The position numbers were made by a program, and so were the translations under genes. Positions 1-10,597 of a stretch of 64,000 nt of DNA are shown here, one piece after another. Source of the DNA: an uncultured Gemmatimonadales bacterium. GTDB lineage: Bacteria; Gemmatimonadota; Gemmatimonadetes; Longimicrobiales; RSA9. Location of the stretch: positions 96,001 through 160,000 of the forward strand of contig CAWCRS010000007.1 of the NCBI GenBank assembly GCA_963798085.1. Direction: 5' to 3'. How positions within the stretch are numbered: position 1 is the stretch's first letter; each line of letters starts with the position of its first letter. The notes under the pieces were generated by a model. The model saw only the letters and a list, made by a program, of their open reading frames with translations, was not told where the DNA came from and did not search any database.

Positions 1-990
1 TGCGCTGTCCGTCGACGAAATGGACTCCCTGGTGGCGGCGGTGGGCGGGCGTGCCACCGCGTCCGAGACCATGGCCGGCACCGTCTTCATCACGGGGGCG
101 GCGGACACCACTCGCCATGCGGCGGCAGTGACGGCCATGGCGCCGGCGACACTGTCCATGCCGGCCGAGAGCCTGGGCGCGGGCCGGCTCTTCACGAGGC
201 CGGAGATCGATGCGGATAACGCGGTGTTGCTGGTGGGCCGCAGGCTGGCGGTGGATCTGGCCGGCGGCGATGGCGCAGCCGCGCTGGGGCGCGAGGTGCG
301 TCTGGCCGACCGTCCCTATGCCGTCATCGGCATTGTCGATGGTGCCGGCGCCCGCCGGGTCGCGCGGGCCTGGCTGCCGCTGGCCGCCACGGCGCGCAAA
401 GTGCTCGTCCCGGGGAGCGGCCGCCCGCCGGCGCTGTCGCTGCACGTCGCGCGCGTCGAGGATGTGCTGGACGTCGAGAGCGCGGCGCGCGCCTGGCTGA
501 CAAAGCGTTATGGCGATGCCGACAGGAGCTTCACCATTCTCGACTTCGCGGCGTCGGGTCGAGCAGATGCGCCAGGCGATGCTCGTGTTCAAGATCTCGA
601 TGGGTGCGATCACCGGCATTCTCGATCCTGGTGGGTGGCATTGGCATCATGAATGTGCTGCTGGCCTCGGTCAACGAGCGCACCCGCGAGATCGGCGTGC
701 GCCGCGCCGCCGGTGCGCGGCGGGCCGACATCTTCTTCCAGTTCCTGGCCGAGTCGGTCGCCATATCGGGTGTGGGCAGCGTGATCGGTGTCGTGCTCGG
801 CCTGGTGGGCGCCTTCCTGATCACCGGCATCATACGACGCTTCACGCAGGCGCCCGTGCACGCCGCGTTCGCCTGGAGCAGCGTACTCTCCGCGGCGGCC
901 GCCGCCCTCATCGTGGGTCTTGCCTTCGGCAGCTATCCGGCGAAGTACGCGGCCGGCCTGTCCCCGATCGACGCGATCCGGCACGAGTAG
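1..990 (+). CDS. ABC transporter permease, MacB/FtsX family (5' truncated, frameshifted)
   Basis: C-terminus LVGGIGIMNVLLASVNERTREIGVRRAAGA...FQFLAES...YPAKYAAGLSPIDAIRHE is the MacB/FtsX permease signature. Pieces lie in ORFs 20-652, 510- and 604-990, with frameshifts near 550 and 625. Confidence 0.85.
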
Positions 991-998
991 GCGACGCA

Positions 999-1478
999 TT
1001 GACCGAGCCCGTCCGGCCTGACCTGACCCCCACACCGGTGCAGCGTGCCAGCGCCGCCGATCTGCCGGAGATCCTCGCGCTGCTCGAAGCGGCGCAGCTG
1101 CCCGGTGCCGGGGTCACGGAGTGGATCGACCATTTCGTGATTGCCCGTCACGACGGCGCGCTGCTGGGTGCGGCCGGCACCGAACAGTACGGCGATAACG
1201 CGCTGTTGCGATCGGTCGTGGTGTCACCCGCCGCCCGCGGCCTGGGCCTGGGCGGCGCACTCGTCGAGCACGCGCTCCAGCTGGCGTACGATGCCGGCGT
1301 CCGCACCGTGTATCTGCTCACCACCACGGCGCAGGACTGGTTTCCTCGCCACCAGTTCCAGGTCATTCCCCGCGACCAGGTGCCCGCCACCGTGCAGACA
1401 TTGATCGAGTTCCGCGGCGCCTGCCCGGACACCGCTGCCGTCATGCGCCGGACCCTTCTTCACCGCGGAGAGCGCTGA
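999..1478 (+). CDS. GNAT N-acetyltransferase, ArsN2-like
   Basis: LLRSVVVSPAARGLGLG (acetyl-CoA motif), VYLLTTTA and C-terminal EFRGACPDTAAVM, typical of ArsN2/ArgA-like GNATs. TTG start at 999 is inferred. Confidence 0.8.
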   Translation: MTEPVRPDLTPTPVQRASAADLPEILALLEAAQLPGAGVTEWIDHFVIARHDGALLGAAGTEQYGDNALLRSVVVSPAARGLGLGGALVEHALQLAYDAGVRTVYLLTTTAQDWFPRHQFQVIPRDQVPATVQTLIEFRGACPDTAAVMRRTLLHRGER

Positions 1479-1558
1479 GGGCCTGGAGGCTGGCGCGGAG
1501 GGCTGCTGCGCGTCATCGCCGACGCTTCAGGAGCTGCCCACAGCCTTTTTTCATTTCA

Positions 1559-1705
1559 ACGGATTCACGGCTTGAATCGGTGGCTTCGCAGCCACGCGGC
1601 CCCCCGGCCAGTCTGCATCCGCGCCAGGCATCTTTCATGACTCCGGGCGAAATGAATGGCGTGGTCGGCGGCTGCGTGTGGAAGCCAACGAGTGTTGCAA
1701 TCCGT
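1559..1705. repeat. Long imperfect nested hairpin between convergent genes
   Basis: ACGGATT(1559) pairs with AATCCGT(1699), TCGGTGGCTTC with GAAGCCAACGA(1681), and GCAGCC(1588) with GGCTGC(1670), in nested order. Confidence 0.6.
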
Positions 1706-1710
1706 ACGCG

Positions 1711-2388
1711 CTATCCGCGGTTGCTGCTGAAGGGACAGGACGAGGCAAGGGGGCACTGGGGGCAGAGGGGCGTACGCAGGCAGAGCGTCTGGCCGTGACG
1801 GCGCAGCAGCTGCCAGGCTTCGATGAGGGGCGCGAAGCCGGCGGGCAGGGACTCCGCTAACAGGCTGGTAGCCGCGCGGTGGGCGGTGGCGTAGCGCTTC
1901 GCATCCGGTGCCAGGCCGAGGCGCTGCAGCACGCGCAGGCCGTTGGATTCCAGCGCGGGTACGGCGTACGCGCCTGCGAACAGCAGGATCCTGTCCGCGC
2001 CGGGCTGTCCGATGCCCGGAAACTTCTGCAGCGCACGGCGGGCCGCGGGCAGTGGCTGGTGCACGGCTTCGTCCAGATCACCGTTGAACTCGTCGAGCGC
2101 CATCTCTGCTGCTCTGCGCAGCTTTGCTGCCTGCTGTCCGGAAAGAATCCCCTGGCCGGCCACCGCTTCCAGCCGCTCCTCCTCCACCGCGAGGATCTGC
2201 TCCGGCCGCAGCCCGACGTCGCGCCGCAACGCATCGAAGGCCGCCATTCTGTGCGCATCATCGACGAGGTAGGCGACGTTCTCCCACACCACCTGCTCGA
2301 ACGGCCGCACCACCACCGGCGCCTCCTGCGGCCCGTAGTATTCGCGCAGCGCCTGGAGCAGCCCGTCCACCGTCAACGCCGAACCCAT
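1711..2388 (-). CDS. HhH-GPD superfamily DNA glycosylase (endonuclease III-like) with C-terminal Fe-S motif
   Basis: HhH motif LQKFPGIGQPGAD and C-terminal HGQTLCLRTPLCPQCPLASSC. Confidence 0.85.
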   Translation of the reverse strand: MGSALTVDGLLQALREYYGPQEAPVVVRPFEQVVWENVAYLVDDAHRMAAFDALRRDVGLRPEQILAVEEERLEAVAGQGILSGQQAAKLRRAAEMALDEFNGDLDEAVHQPLPAARRALQKFPGIGQPGADRILLFAGAYAVPALESNGLRVLQRLGLAPDAKRYATAHRAATSLLAESLPAGFAPLIEAWQLLRRHGQTLCLRTPLCPQCPLASSCPFSSNRG

Positions 2389-2471
2389 CGCCACCTCCGC
2401 GCCGTGAAGGGGACCCACGATTCGCAGGACACTCGCAGCAGCCCGACGCAAGCAACCAGGCCTGGGCAGTC

Positions 2472-2663
2472 AGCCCCGGCAACGCATTGATTCCGGATCC
2501 ACCAATCTGTTCCCCAGCAACCAGCGCCAGCAACCAGCCCCAGCAACGCAGTTGATCCATGACACCCGCCCCAGCCCGAGCCAAAGCCCCAGCAACGCAG
2601 TTGATCCGTATGCGTCGATCCCAGCCCCAACCCGAGCCGCAGCCCGAGAAACGCAGTCCTGAC
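2472..2663 (+). repeat. Four copies of a ~23-bp repeat AGCCCCAGCAACGCAGTTGATCC
   Basis: Exact copies at 2536-2558 and 2585-2607, degenerate copies at 2472-2494 and 2641-2663, and a further copy inside lhr at about 3401-3443. Confidence 0.8.
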
Positions 2664-2689
2664 AATCGGGGTACAACCGCGCCTCGAAA

Positions 2690-5600
2690 ATGCCAAACGA
2701 CGCCGATACCGCCCTCGCCTCTTTCCATCCCGCCGTAGCGCGCTGGTTCGCGGAACGGCTGGGCGTGCCGACGCCCGCTCAGGTGCGCGGCTGGGAAGCC
2801 ATCCGCTCGGGCCGCGACACCCTCATTGCGGCGCCGACCGGCTCGGGCAAGACGCTGGCTGCGTTCCTCAACGCCATCGACGAGCTGCTGCGCGAAGGCG
2901 TCACACAGCCATTGCCGGACGAGGTGCGCGTCGTATACGTATCGCCACTCAAAGCGCTGTCCACCGACATCCACAAGAACCTGGCGGAGCCTCGCCGGGA
3001 GATCCGCCAGCTGGCCGAGACCATGGGATTGCCGCCCGTGCGCATCACGGCAGCGGTGCGCACCGGTGACACGCCGCAGGCGGAACGCGCGAGCATGCTG
3101 CGCACGCCGCCGCACATCCTGGTCACGACACCCGAATCGCTGTACCTGCTGCTCACCGCGGAGCGCGGCCGCCAGATGCTGCGCACCGTGCGCACCGTGA
3201 TTGTGGACGAGATCCACGCGGTGATCGAGTCCCGTCGTGGTTCGCATCTCGCCCTCTCGCTCGAGCGTCTGCAGCACGTAGCCGGCCGGCGACTGCAGCG
3301 CATTGGCCTGAGCGCCACGCAGCGGCCCATTGAAACCGTCGCAGAATTCCTTTGCGGGCAGGGAAGCGCGCAGGGCGCCACGTCTCTGTGCCCCGGAAAC
3401 CAGCCCCAGCAACCAGAAACCAGCAACGCAGTTCGATCCGTTCAGTGTGCGATCATCGACGAGGGCCACATCCGCGAATGGGACCTCGCCATCGAGCTGC
3501 CCGGCTCGCCACTCAGCGCCGTGATGGCGTCCGAAGTCTGGCAGGAGCTGTTCGAGCGCATGGTACAGCTGGTGAGCGAGCATCGCACCACGCTGATCTT
3601 CGTCAACACCCGACGCCTGGCGGAACGGGTCGCGCGCGCCCTGAGCGAACGGCTGGGCGAAGCGGCCGTGACCGCGCACCACGGCAGCCTGTCCAAGGAA
3701 ACACGGCTCAACGCGGAAGAGCGACTGAAGGGCGGTAAACTGCGTGCGCTGGTTGCTACCGCCTCGCTCGAGCTGGGCATCGACATCGGTCACGTCGACC
3801 TCGTCATCCAGATCGCGTCGCCGCGCCGGATTGCCGACGTTCCTGCAGCGCGTGGGTCGATCCGGTCACACGGTGGGCGGGCGTCCCAAAGGGCAGACTG
3901 CTGCCGACTCACGCGCGATGACCTGGTCGAGTGCGCGGCGCTCATCGGCGCCGTGCGTAATGGCGAGTTGGACCAGCTGATCCTGCCGCCGCGGCCGCTG
4001 GACGTGCTGGCGCAGCAGCTGGTGGCGGAAAGCGCGGCCGAGGACTGGGCGGAGGACGACCTGTTCGCCCTCGTGCGCGGCGCCTGGCCGTACCGCGACC
4101 TGGACGCGCGCCACGTTCGACGACGTGCTCGAGATGATCGCGCACGGCTTCTCCACCCGCCGCGGCCGGCGAGGCGCCCTGGTGCACCGCGATGCCGTGA
4201 ACCATCGCGTACGCGGCCGCCGCGGCGCCCGCCATATCGCCATCACCTCGGGGGGCGCGATTCCGGAAATCGCCGACTACCGCGTCGAGCTGGAGCCCGA
4301 GGGCACATTCGTGGGCACGCTCAACGAGGATTTCGCGGTGGAGAGCGCGGTCGGCGATGTGTTCCAGCTGGGCAACACGTCGTGGCGCATCCTGCGCATT
4401 CTGCCGGGCGTCGTGCGCGTCGGCGATGCGCAGGGCGAGCCGCCTAACATCCCGTTCTGGCTGGGCGAAGCACCTCACGCAGCAACGAGCTGTCGCGCGC
4501 GGTCTCCGACCTGCGCGCCCGCGTGGACCGGCTGCTCGAGGAACACACGAGCGAGTCGGCGGCCGACCTGACCGGCATGGTCGCGGATAGGCTGGGCACT
4601 CGCGCGACTCGCGGCCGCACAGATCGTCGAGTACCTGGCCGAGACCCGCCGCGCCCTGGGCGCCATTCCCACGCAGGAAACGCTGATCCTGGAGCGCTTC
4701 TTCGACGAGGCGGGCGGCATGCAGCTCATCCTGCACTCGCCGTTCGGCGGCCGCGTGAACCGCGCCTGGGGACTGGCGCTGCGCAAGAAATTCTGCCGCA
4801 CGTTCAACTTCGAGCTGCAGGCGGCCGCCACCGATGATGGGCTGCTGCTCTCGCTCGGCCCGCAGCACTCGTTCCCGCTGGATGACGTGTTCCACTACCT
4901 GCAGCCTGCCACCGTGGGAAGCATGCTGGTGCAGGCCGTGCTGGATGCGCCGGTGTTCCAGACGCGCTGGCGCTGGAACACGACGATTATCACTGGCCAT
5001 TCCGCGCAACCGCAACGGGCGCAGGATCGCGCCGCAGATCCAGCGCATGCAGGCGGAGGACCTGCTGGCGGCGGTCGTTTCCGGATGCGGCAGCCTGCCT
5101 CGAGAACATTGCCGGCGATCGCGAGGTGCCGGACCACCCACTGGTGACGCAGGCGCTGACGGACTGCCTGCGCGAGGCGATGGACCTGCCGCAGCTCGAG
5201 GCCGTGCTGACACGCGTGTTCGCGGGCGAGCTGCGTCTGCTGGCGCGCGACACGCCCGAACCTTCGCCCATTGGCCACGAGCTGATCAACGCGCGGCCCT
5301 AGGCGTTCCTCGACGATGCGCCGCTGGAAGAGCGCCGCACGCAGGCCGTCTACACGCGACGGGCGCTCGAGCCCACTTCTGCGGGCGACCTGGGCGCGCT
5401 CGACGCCGCGGCCATTGAACGCGTGCGTGAGGAGGCGTGGCCCGACGCCGAGAGACGCCGACGAGCTGCACGATGCGCTGCTGACCGGCGGGTTCCTGCG
5501 CGCGGACGAGGTGCGCGACGATCGCTGGCCCGTCTGGCTGTCCGAGCTCGAGGCGAGTGGCCGCGCCGCGCGCGTGCTGGTGGCCCTGACGGGGGCGAGG

Positions 5601-7226
5601 ACGCAGGTGCACGAAGCTGGACGCGACGACGTCGCCTCCAGCATTCCGTCCAATGGCAAGCTCGCGCTGACGCTGTGGTTCGCAACGGAACGCCTGCCGG
5701 AGCTGTGCGCCACGCATGCGGACGCGCACATTGAGGCGCAGCGCACGCGGCCCGAGGGCGCCGCGCTGCCCGACCGCAGTGACGCCGTGCGCGAGCTGCT
5801 GCGGAGCCGGATGGAGATCGTGGGGCCAACGTCGGCCGCCGCACTGGGTGCATCACTCGGTGTTACCGAGATCGATGCCGATGCGGCGCTCGTCGCCATC
5901 GAGGCGATGGGCGCAGTGCTGCGCGGCTCGTTCACCCCCGGCACGCAGCTGCGCGAATGGTGCGACCGCCGCCTGCTCGCGCGCATCCATCGCTACACGC
6001 TGGGCCGGCTGCGCGCGGAGATCGAGCCGGTCAGCGCCGCGGATCTGCTGCGCTTCCTGTTCCGCTGGCAGCGCGTGCAGCCGGACGATCGCGCGGCCGG
6101 TCTCGAAGGGCTCGCCGCGGTGATCGGCCAGCTGGAGGGGTTCGAGCTGCCGGCCGCGGCATGGGAAGGCGATGTGCTGCCCGCGCGCTGCGCCGACTAC
6201 TCGCCCGAACTGCTCGACATGCTCTGCCTCAGCGGGCGCGTCGCCTGGGGACGCCTCGCCGCGCGCAACGCGAACGGCACTGTCAGCGGGCCCCTGCGCA
6301 CCTCGCCCATCGCGCTGCTGCAGCGGTCCGATGCCCAGGCCTGGTTGCGCGCGGAGGATGCCGGTGATGGCGAGCTGCCGACGAACACGGCGGAAGTGCT
6401 GCGCGTGCTCGAGCAGCGCGGCGCCTGCTTCTTCCACGAGATCGTCGCACAATCACGGCTGCTGTCGACCCAGGTCGAGCAGGCGCTGGGTGAGCTGGTG
6501 GCGCTGGGTCGCATCACCGCAGACAGCTTTGCCGGCATGCGGGCGCTGCTCACGCCCTCGGCAGAACGCCGCAATGGCAACGGCCGGCGTCGCAAGCAGC
6601 CGCGCTGGACCGTCGAAACCGCGGGTCGCTGGTCATTGCTGCCTCGTCAGTCCGAGGCCGCAGCGCCCGAAGCGGCGGGACTGCACGACGATCCATCCGT
6701 CGAGTTGCGCGCGCGCGCACTTCTCCGCCGCTGGGGCGTGGTGTTGCGGCGACTGCTCGAGCGCGAGAGCAATGTGCCGTCCTGGCGCGACCTCGTCCGC
6801 GTGTACCGCCGCATGGAGGCGAGAGGCGAGATCCGCGGCGGCCGCTTCGTCAGCGGATTCGCCGGCGAGCAGTTCGCACTGCCCGAGGCCGTGGGTCAGC
6901 TGCGCGCAGTGCGGCGCGAGGAAGGGAAGGGCGCACTCATTGCAGTGAGTGCCGCCGATCCGCTCAACCTGGCCGGCATCCTGACGCCCGGCGATCGCGT
7001 ACCGGCGCTCGCCACCAATCGCGTGCTCTTCCGCGATGGCATTCCCATCGCATTGCTCGAAGCCGGCGAGGTGCACTGGCTGGTACGCGTGAGTGCGGAG
7101 GAACAGCGCGCACTCGAGCGCGCCCTGATCCAGCGCGCTACACCGGCCGAGCTGCGTGCGTACCTGCGCGTCAACCGCATGCGCAGCCCGCGGCGCAAGC
7201 CTGCACGCGCCGCGAGCGAGGCCTGA
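2690..7226 (+). CDS. lhr: Lhr-family ATP-dependent DEXH helicase with C-terminal winged-helix/glycosylase-like domain (multiple frameshifts and one in-frame TAG, probably sequencing errors)
   Basis: [94 protein letters not shown] and [21 protein letters not shown], spread over successive frames. Confidence 0.9.
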
Positions 7227-7256
7227 CCGCCGGCGCAAGCCACCCACCACAGCCGT

Positions 7257-7286
7257 TTGCACCCGCGCAGTCCTGCGCAGTAGCTT
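7257..7286 (+). promoter_or_regulatory. Putative sigma70-type promoter
   Basis: TTGCAC-N18-TAGCTT about 40 bp upstream of the amidohydrolase start. Confidence 0.35.
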
Positions 7287-7327
7287 GGCCGGACCCCCGC
7301 CGGGCAACTCCTGACGCAACGGTGATC

Positions 7328-8608
7328 ATGCGACGTGTCCGCCTCAGGCTCCTCGCCGCGCTTGCCGGCGCTCTGGCCATGGCCGCACCCATTGAGGCGC
7401 AAATGAAAGCAGTCCGATTCGGCACACTGGTGGACGGCACCGGTCGCACCGTGAAGGATGCCGTGGTCGTCATCCAGGGCGACCACGTCACGGCGGTGGG
7501 CACTGGTAACAGCGCTGTTCCGGCAGGCGCCGACGTCATTGACCTGCGCCGCTACACCGGCATACCCGGCATGATCGATGTGCACACGCACATGACGTAC
7601 TGGTGGGACCAGCAGCCGGGCACGCAGCCGTGGTCACAGCAGGGGCGGCGCCAGAGCGCCGTCACCGTGTTCATGGCGCAGGAGAACGCGCGACGCACAC
7701 TGGAAACCGGTGTTACCACGGTGCGCGACCTGGGCGCATCCGAGTACGGCGACATTGCGTTGCGCGACCTGATCCAGCGCGGCGCCATGGTCGGGCCACG
7801 CATGTTCGTCGCGGGCTACGGTCTCACGCGCCAGCGCAATGCGGCACGGGCGGGTGCACCGCCCGGCGCACCGCGGGGCCGCATTGCCGACATTGCGGAC
7901 ATTCCCATTGCCGTGAAGGCACAGGTCGATGCGGGCGCGGACTGGATCAAGATGTACGGCTCGACCGGCAGCGGCGCCGATGTCACCGGCGACCAGACGT
8001 TCAGCTTCGACGAGATGAAGGCGGCCGTCGATGCCGCGCACGCGCTGAATCGGCGGATCGCGATTCATTCGTACGGCCCGGAAGGCGGACGCGACGCGGT
8101 GCGCGCGGGCGCGGAGTCCGTCGAACACGCCGTCGATCTCGATGACGCGACACTCGCGGAGATGGCGAGTCGCGGAACCTTCTACGTGCCCACCATCGAC
8201 CACAACCGGTACTACGCGGAGTATCGCGAGGAGTTCGGTTACACGACGGAGCAGGCGGCCGCACTGGATGCCTATCGCGCGCGCAACATTGAAACTGCGC
8301 GTCGCGCGTTCAAGGCAGGCGTGAAGTTCGCCATGGGCTCGGATGCCGTGTTCACCATGTTCGGACAGAACACACGCGAACTGGGCTGGTTCGTGCAGAT
8401 CGGCATGACACCGGCCCAGGCGCTGGCCACCGCGACGACGAATGCTGCTGCGCTGTTAGGCATGCCGCAGAGCCTGGGCGAGATCGCGGCCGGGTTCTTC
8501 GCCGACATGGTGGCCGTGGAAGGCGACCCGCTCGCCGACATCCAGGTCGTCACTGACAGGGTGCGCTGGGTCATGAAGGGCGGCGCCGTCGTCGTCGACA
8601 AACGCTGA
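7328..8608 (+). CDS. Secreted metal-dependent amidohydrolase (Xaa-Pro dipeptidase/prolidase-like)
   Basis: Signal peptide; PGMIDVHTH, GVTTVRDLG, GADWIK, IAIHSYG, SVEHA and AMGSDA metal-ligand motifs. Confidence 0.9.
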   Translation: MRRVRLRLLAALAGALAMAAPIEAQMKAVRFGTLVDGTGRTVKDAVVVIQGDHVTAVGTGNSAVPAGADVIDLRRYTGIPGMIDVHTHMTYWWDQQPGTQPWSQQGRRQSAVTVFMAQENARRTLETGVTTVRDLGASEYGDIALRDLIQRGAMVGPRMFVAGYGLTRQRNAARAGAPPGAPRGRIADIADIPIAVKAQVDAGADWIKMYGSTGSGADVTGDQTFSFDEMKAAVDAAHALNRRIAIHSYGPEGGRDAVRAGAESVEHAVDLDDATLAEMASRGTFYVPTIDHNRYYAEYREEFGYTTEQAAALDAYRARNIETARRAFKAGVKFAMGSDAVFTMFGQNTRELGWFVQIGMTPAQALATATTNAAALLGMPQSLGEIAAGFFADMVAVEGDPLADIQVVTDRVRWVMKGGAVVVDKR

Positions 8609-8645
8609 GTCAGAAACCCCGACACAAAGTCCCGGGAGGAGCCTC

Positions 8646-9962
8646 GTGGAGCTCGAGCTGGAGAGACCGCCGGTCCCTGCCACACCGCCCGCCGCGGGCA
8701 CACCAGAGTGGAACGCCGCGAAGAAGATCGGCTTCCGCTTCCTCGTTGCCTACACCGTGCTCTACAGTCTGCAGCACCTGCTGGGCAACCTGCCGCTGCT
8801 CGGCGTCACGGCGGGTCCATGGCTCAAGCTCATGGACGCGTCCGTGCTGTGGCTGGGCAGGCACCTCTTCGGATTGACCATCACGGTCCGTCCTGCCGGG
8901 AGCGGGGACACCACCTGGAATTACGTGCAGCTGATCTTCTTCCTGATTGCCGCGGCATTGATAACAGCAGTGTGGACGGCCGCGGACAGGAAGCGGCCCG
9001 ACTATGCGCGGCTGTACGACTGGCTGCGTGTCTTTGTGCGCTACACCCTGGGCACCATCATCATTGGCTACGGCGCGTACAAGGTGGTGCCGAGCCAGTT
9101 CCCGTTCCCGTTCATCGACCGTATGCTCGAGCCGCTGGGCAACTTCTCGCCCATGGGCCTGCTGTGGACGTTCATGGGCTATTCGGCTGCGTACAATGTG
9201 TTCTGCGGTCTGGTCGAGCTGACCGGTGGCATCTTCCTGTTCTATCGGCGCACTACCACGCTGGGTGCGCTGCTCAGCCTGCTCGCCATGGGCAATGTCG
9301 TCATGCTCAACTACGCGTACGACGTGCCCGTCAAGCTGTTCTCCACACACCTGCTGGCCATGGCCATCTTCCTGCTGGCGCCCGATGCGCGGCGGCTGAT
9401 CGATACGATCGTGCTGAACCGGGCCTCGACCGCCCGCCCCGAGACGCGGCCGTTCCGCGACCGCCGATTGAACATTGCCGGCTTCGTGCTCGGCCAGATC
9501 ATCCTGGGCTGGGCACTGTACTCGACTTTCGCTCTCTCCATCCGCTTCAACCGCCAGTTCGCGGGCTATCGCACAAACACACCGTTATACGGCGTCTACG
9601 ACGTGGAGAGCTTCGCGCTCAATCACGACACGCTGCCGCCGCTGATCACGGACACGGTACGCTGGCGGCGGGCCGTGTTCTATACGCCGAATGCCATTGC
9701 CATCCACCTGATGAACGACGCCCAGCGCGGGTTCCGCGCCCAGACCGATACCGCCGGCCACACACTGTCCCTGATCACCGGCGCGGACACCACGAAGAAG
9801 GCCGTGCTGGCCTGGACACGCCCGGACTCGACACACCTCACGCTCGATGGCGTGCTGCGCGGCGACACGATCCACGTGCGTATGAAGCGCTTCGATGAGC
9901 AGAGCTTCTTCCTCATCAGCCGCGGCTACCACTGGATCAACGAGCGGCCGCTCAACCGCTGA
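8646..9962 (+). CDS. DoxX-like multi-pass membrane protein
   Basis: Several TM segments; YGAYKVVPSQF, SPMGLLWTFMGYS and NYAYDVPVKLFS; SD GGAGG upstream. Confidence 0.7.
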   Translation: MELELERPPVPATPPAAGTPEWNAAKKIGFRFLVAYTVLYSLQHLLGNLPLLGVTAGPWLKLMDASVLWLGRHLFGLTITVRPAGSGDTTWNYVQLIFFLIAAALITAVWTAADRKRPDYARLYDWLRVFVRYTLGTIIIGYGAYKVVPSQFPFPFIDRMLEPLGNFSPMGLLWTFMGYSAAYNVFCGLVELTGGIFLFYRRTTTLGALLSLLAMGNVVMLNYAYDVPVKLFSTHLLAMAIFLLAPDARRLIDTIVLNRASTARPETRPFRDRRLNIAGFVLGQIILGWALYSTFALSIRFNRQFAGYRTNTPLYGVYDVESFALNHDTLPPLITDTVRWRRAVFYTPNAIAIHLMNDAQRGFRAQTDTAGHTLSLITGADTTKKAVLAWTRPDSTHLTLDGVLRGDTIHVRMKRFDEQSFFLISRGYHWINERPLNR

Positions 9963-9968
9963 CACGTC

Positions 9969-10597
9969 GTGCGCCGCAGGCGGCTCGGGGATCAGGCGAC
10001 GACGTCACTCGGATTCCGCGTCAAATCCGGAAACGCCATAGCCGTGCTGGTGCGCGGGACAATGCCTGATGCCGAGGCGCTCGACCGCCGCATTGTGCCT
10101 TTGGCCGATCCCGCCACGCCCGCGTCGGCGCAGCCCTGGCACGCCACGTTCATGCCCTTTACCGCCAACGACGCACGTGCAGTCAGGCGGCTGGCCAGCC
10201 TGGTGCGGCGCTGCACAGACCGCTCCGTCAATGAGCTGTTAGCACACTACAAGGCTTCGGGTCACGACGTGACTGCCGCCGGCATCGTGGGCGGCGGCAC
10301 GGGCGATCCGGCACGCATTGGCAACGAACACATCCCGCGCGCATGCCCTGGAAGGCCGACTATTCCGCGACGCGCTGGCGGCGGCGCTGCGCACTGCGGG
10401 CATTCGAGCCCTCAGTCTTCGCCGACCGCCAGCTCAGGGCGGCTACGCTCGACGCGTTCCCCATCGACCGGCAACAACTCACGCAGCGGCTGCGTGCCAT
10501 GGGCCAGCCGCTGGGCCCACCCTGGCGCTCTGACCATCAGCTCGCCTGCCTCGCCGCTTTGCTCGCTGCGCACGGCGGACCACGCGAGGGACGCTGA
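9969..10597 (+). CDS. Hypothetical protein (frameshift near 10335)
   Basis: LGFRVKSGNAIAV...IGNEHI continues in another frame as RAHALEGRLFRDAL...LGPPWRSDHQLACLAALLA. Confidence 0.6.

Noticed and set aside
2472..2663. CRISPR array
   Set aside because: Spacing is irregular, the spacers are low-complexity and resemble each other, only two repeats are exact, and there are no cas genes in the window.
2258..3793. Long antisense ORFs (this one and many others in the ORF track)
   Set aside because: They are shadow ORFs expected in high-GC DNA opposite genuine genes and show no recognisable motifs.
5300..5302. In-frame TAG in lhr as recoding (pyrrolysine or readthrough)
   Set aside because: It falls in NARP[Y]AFLDDAP, where TAC is expected; the gene has several other errors, other genes end in TAG normally, and no pyl genes are present.
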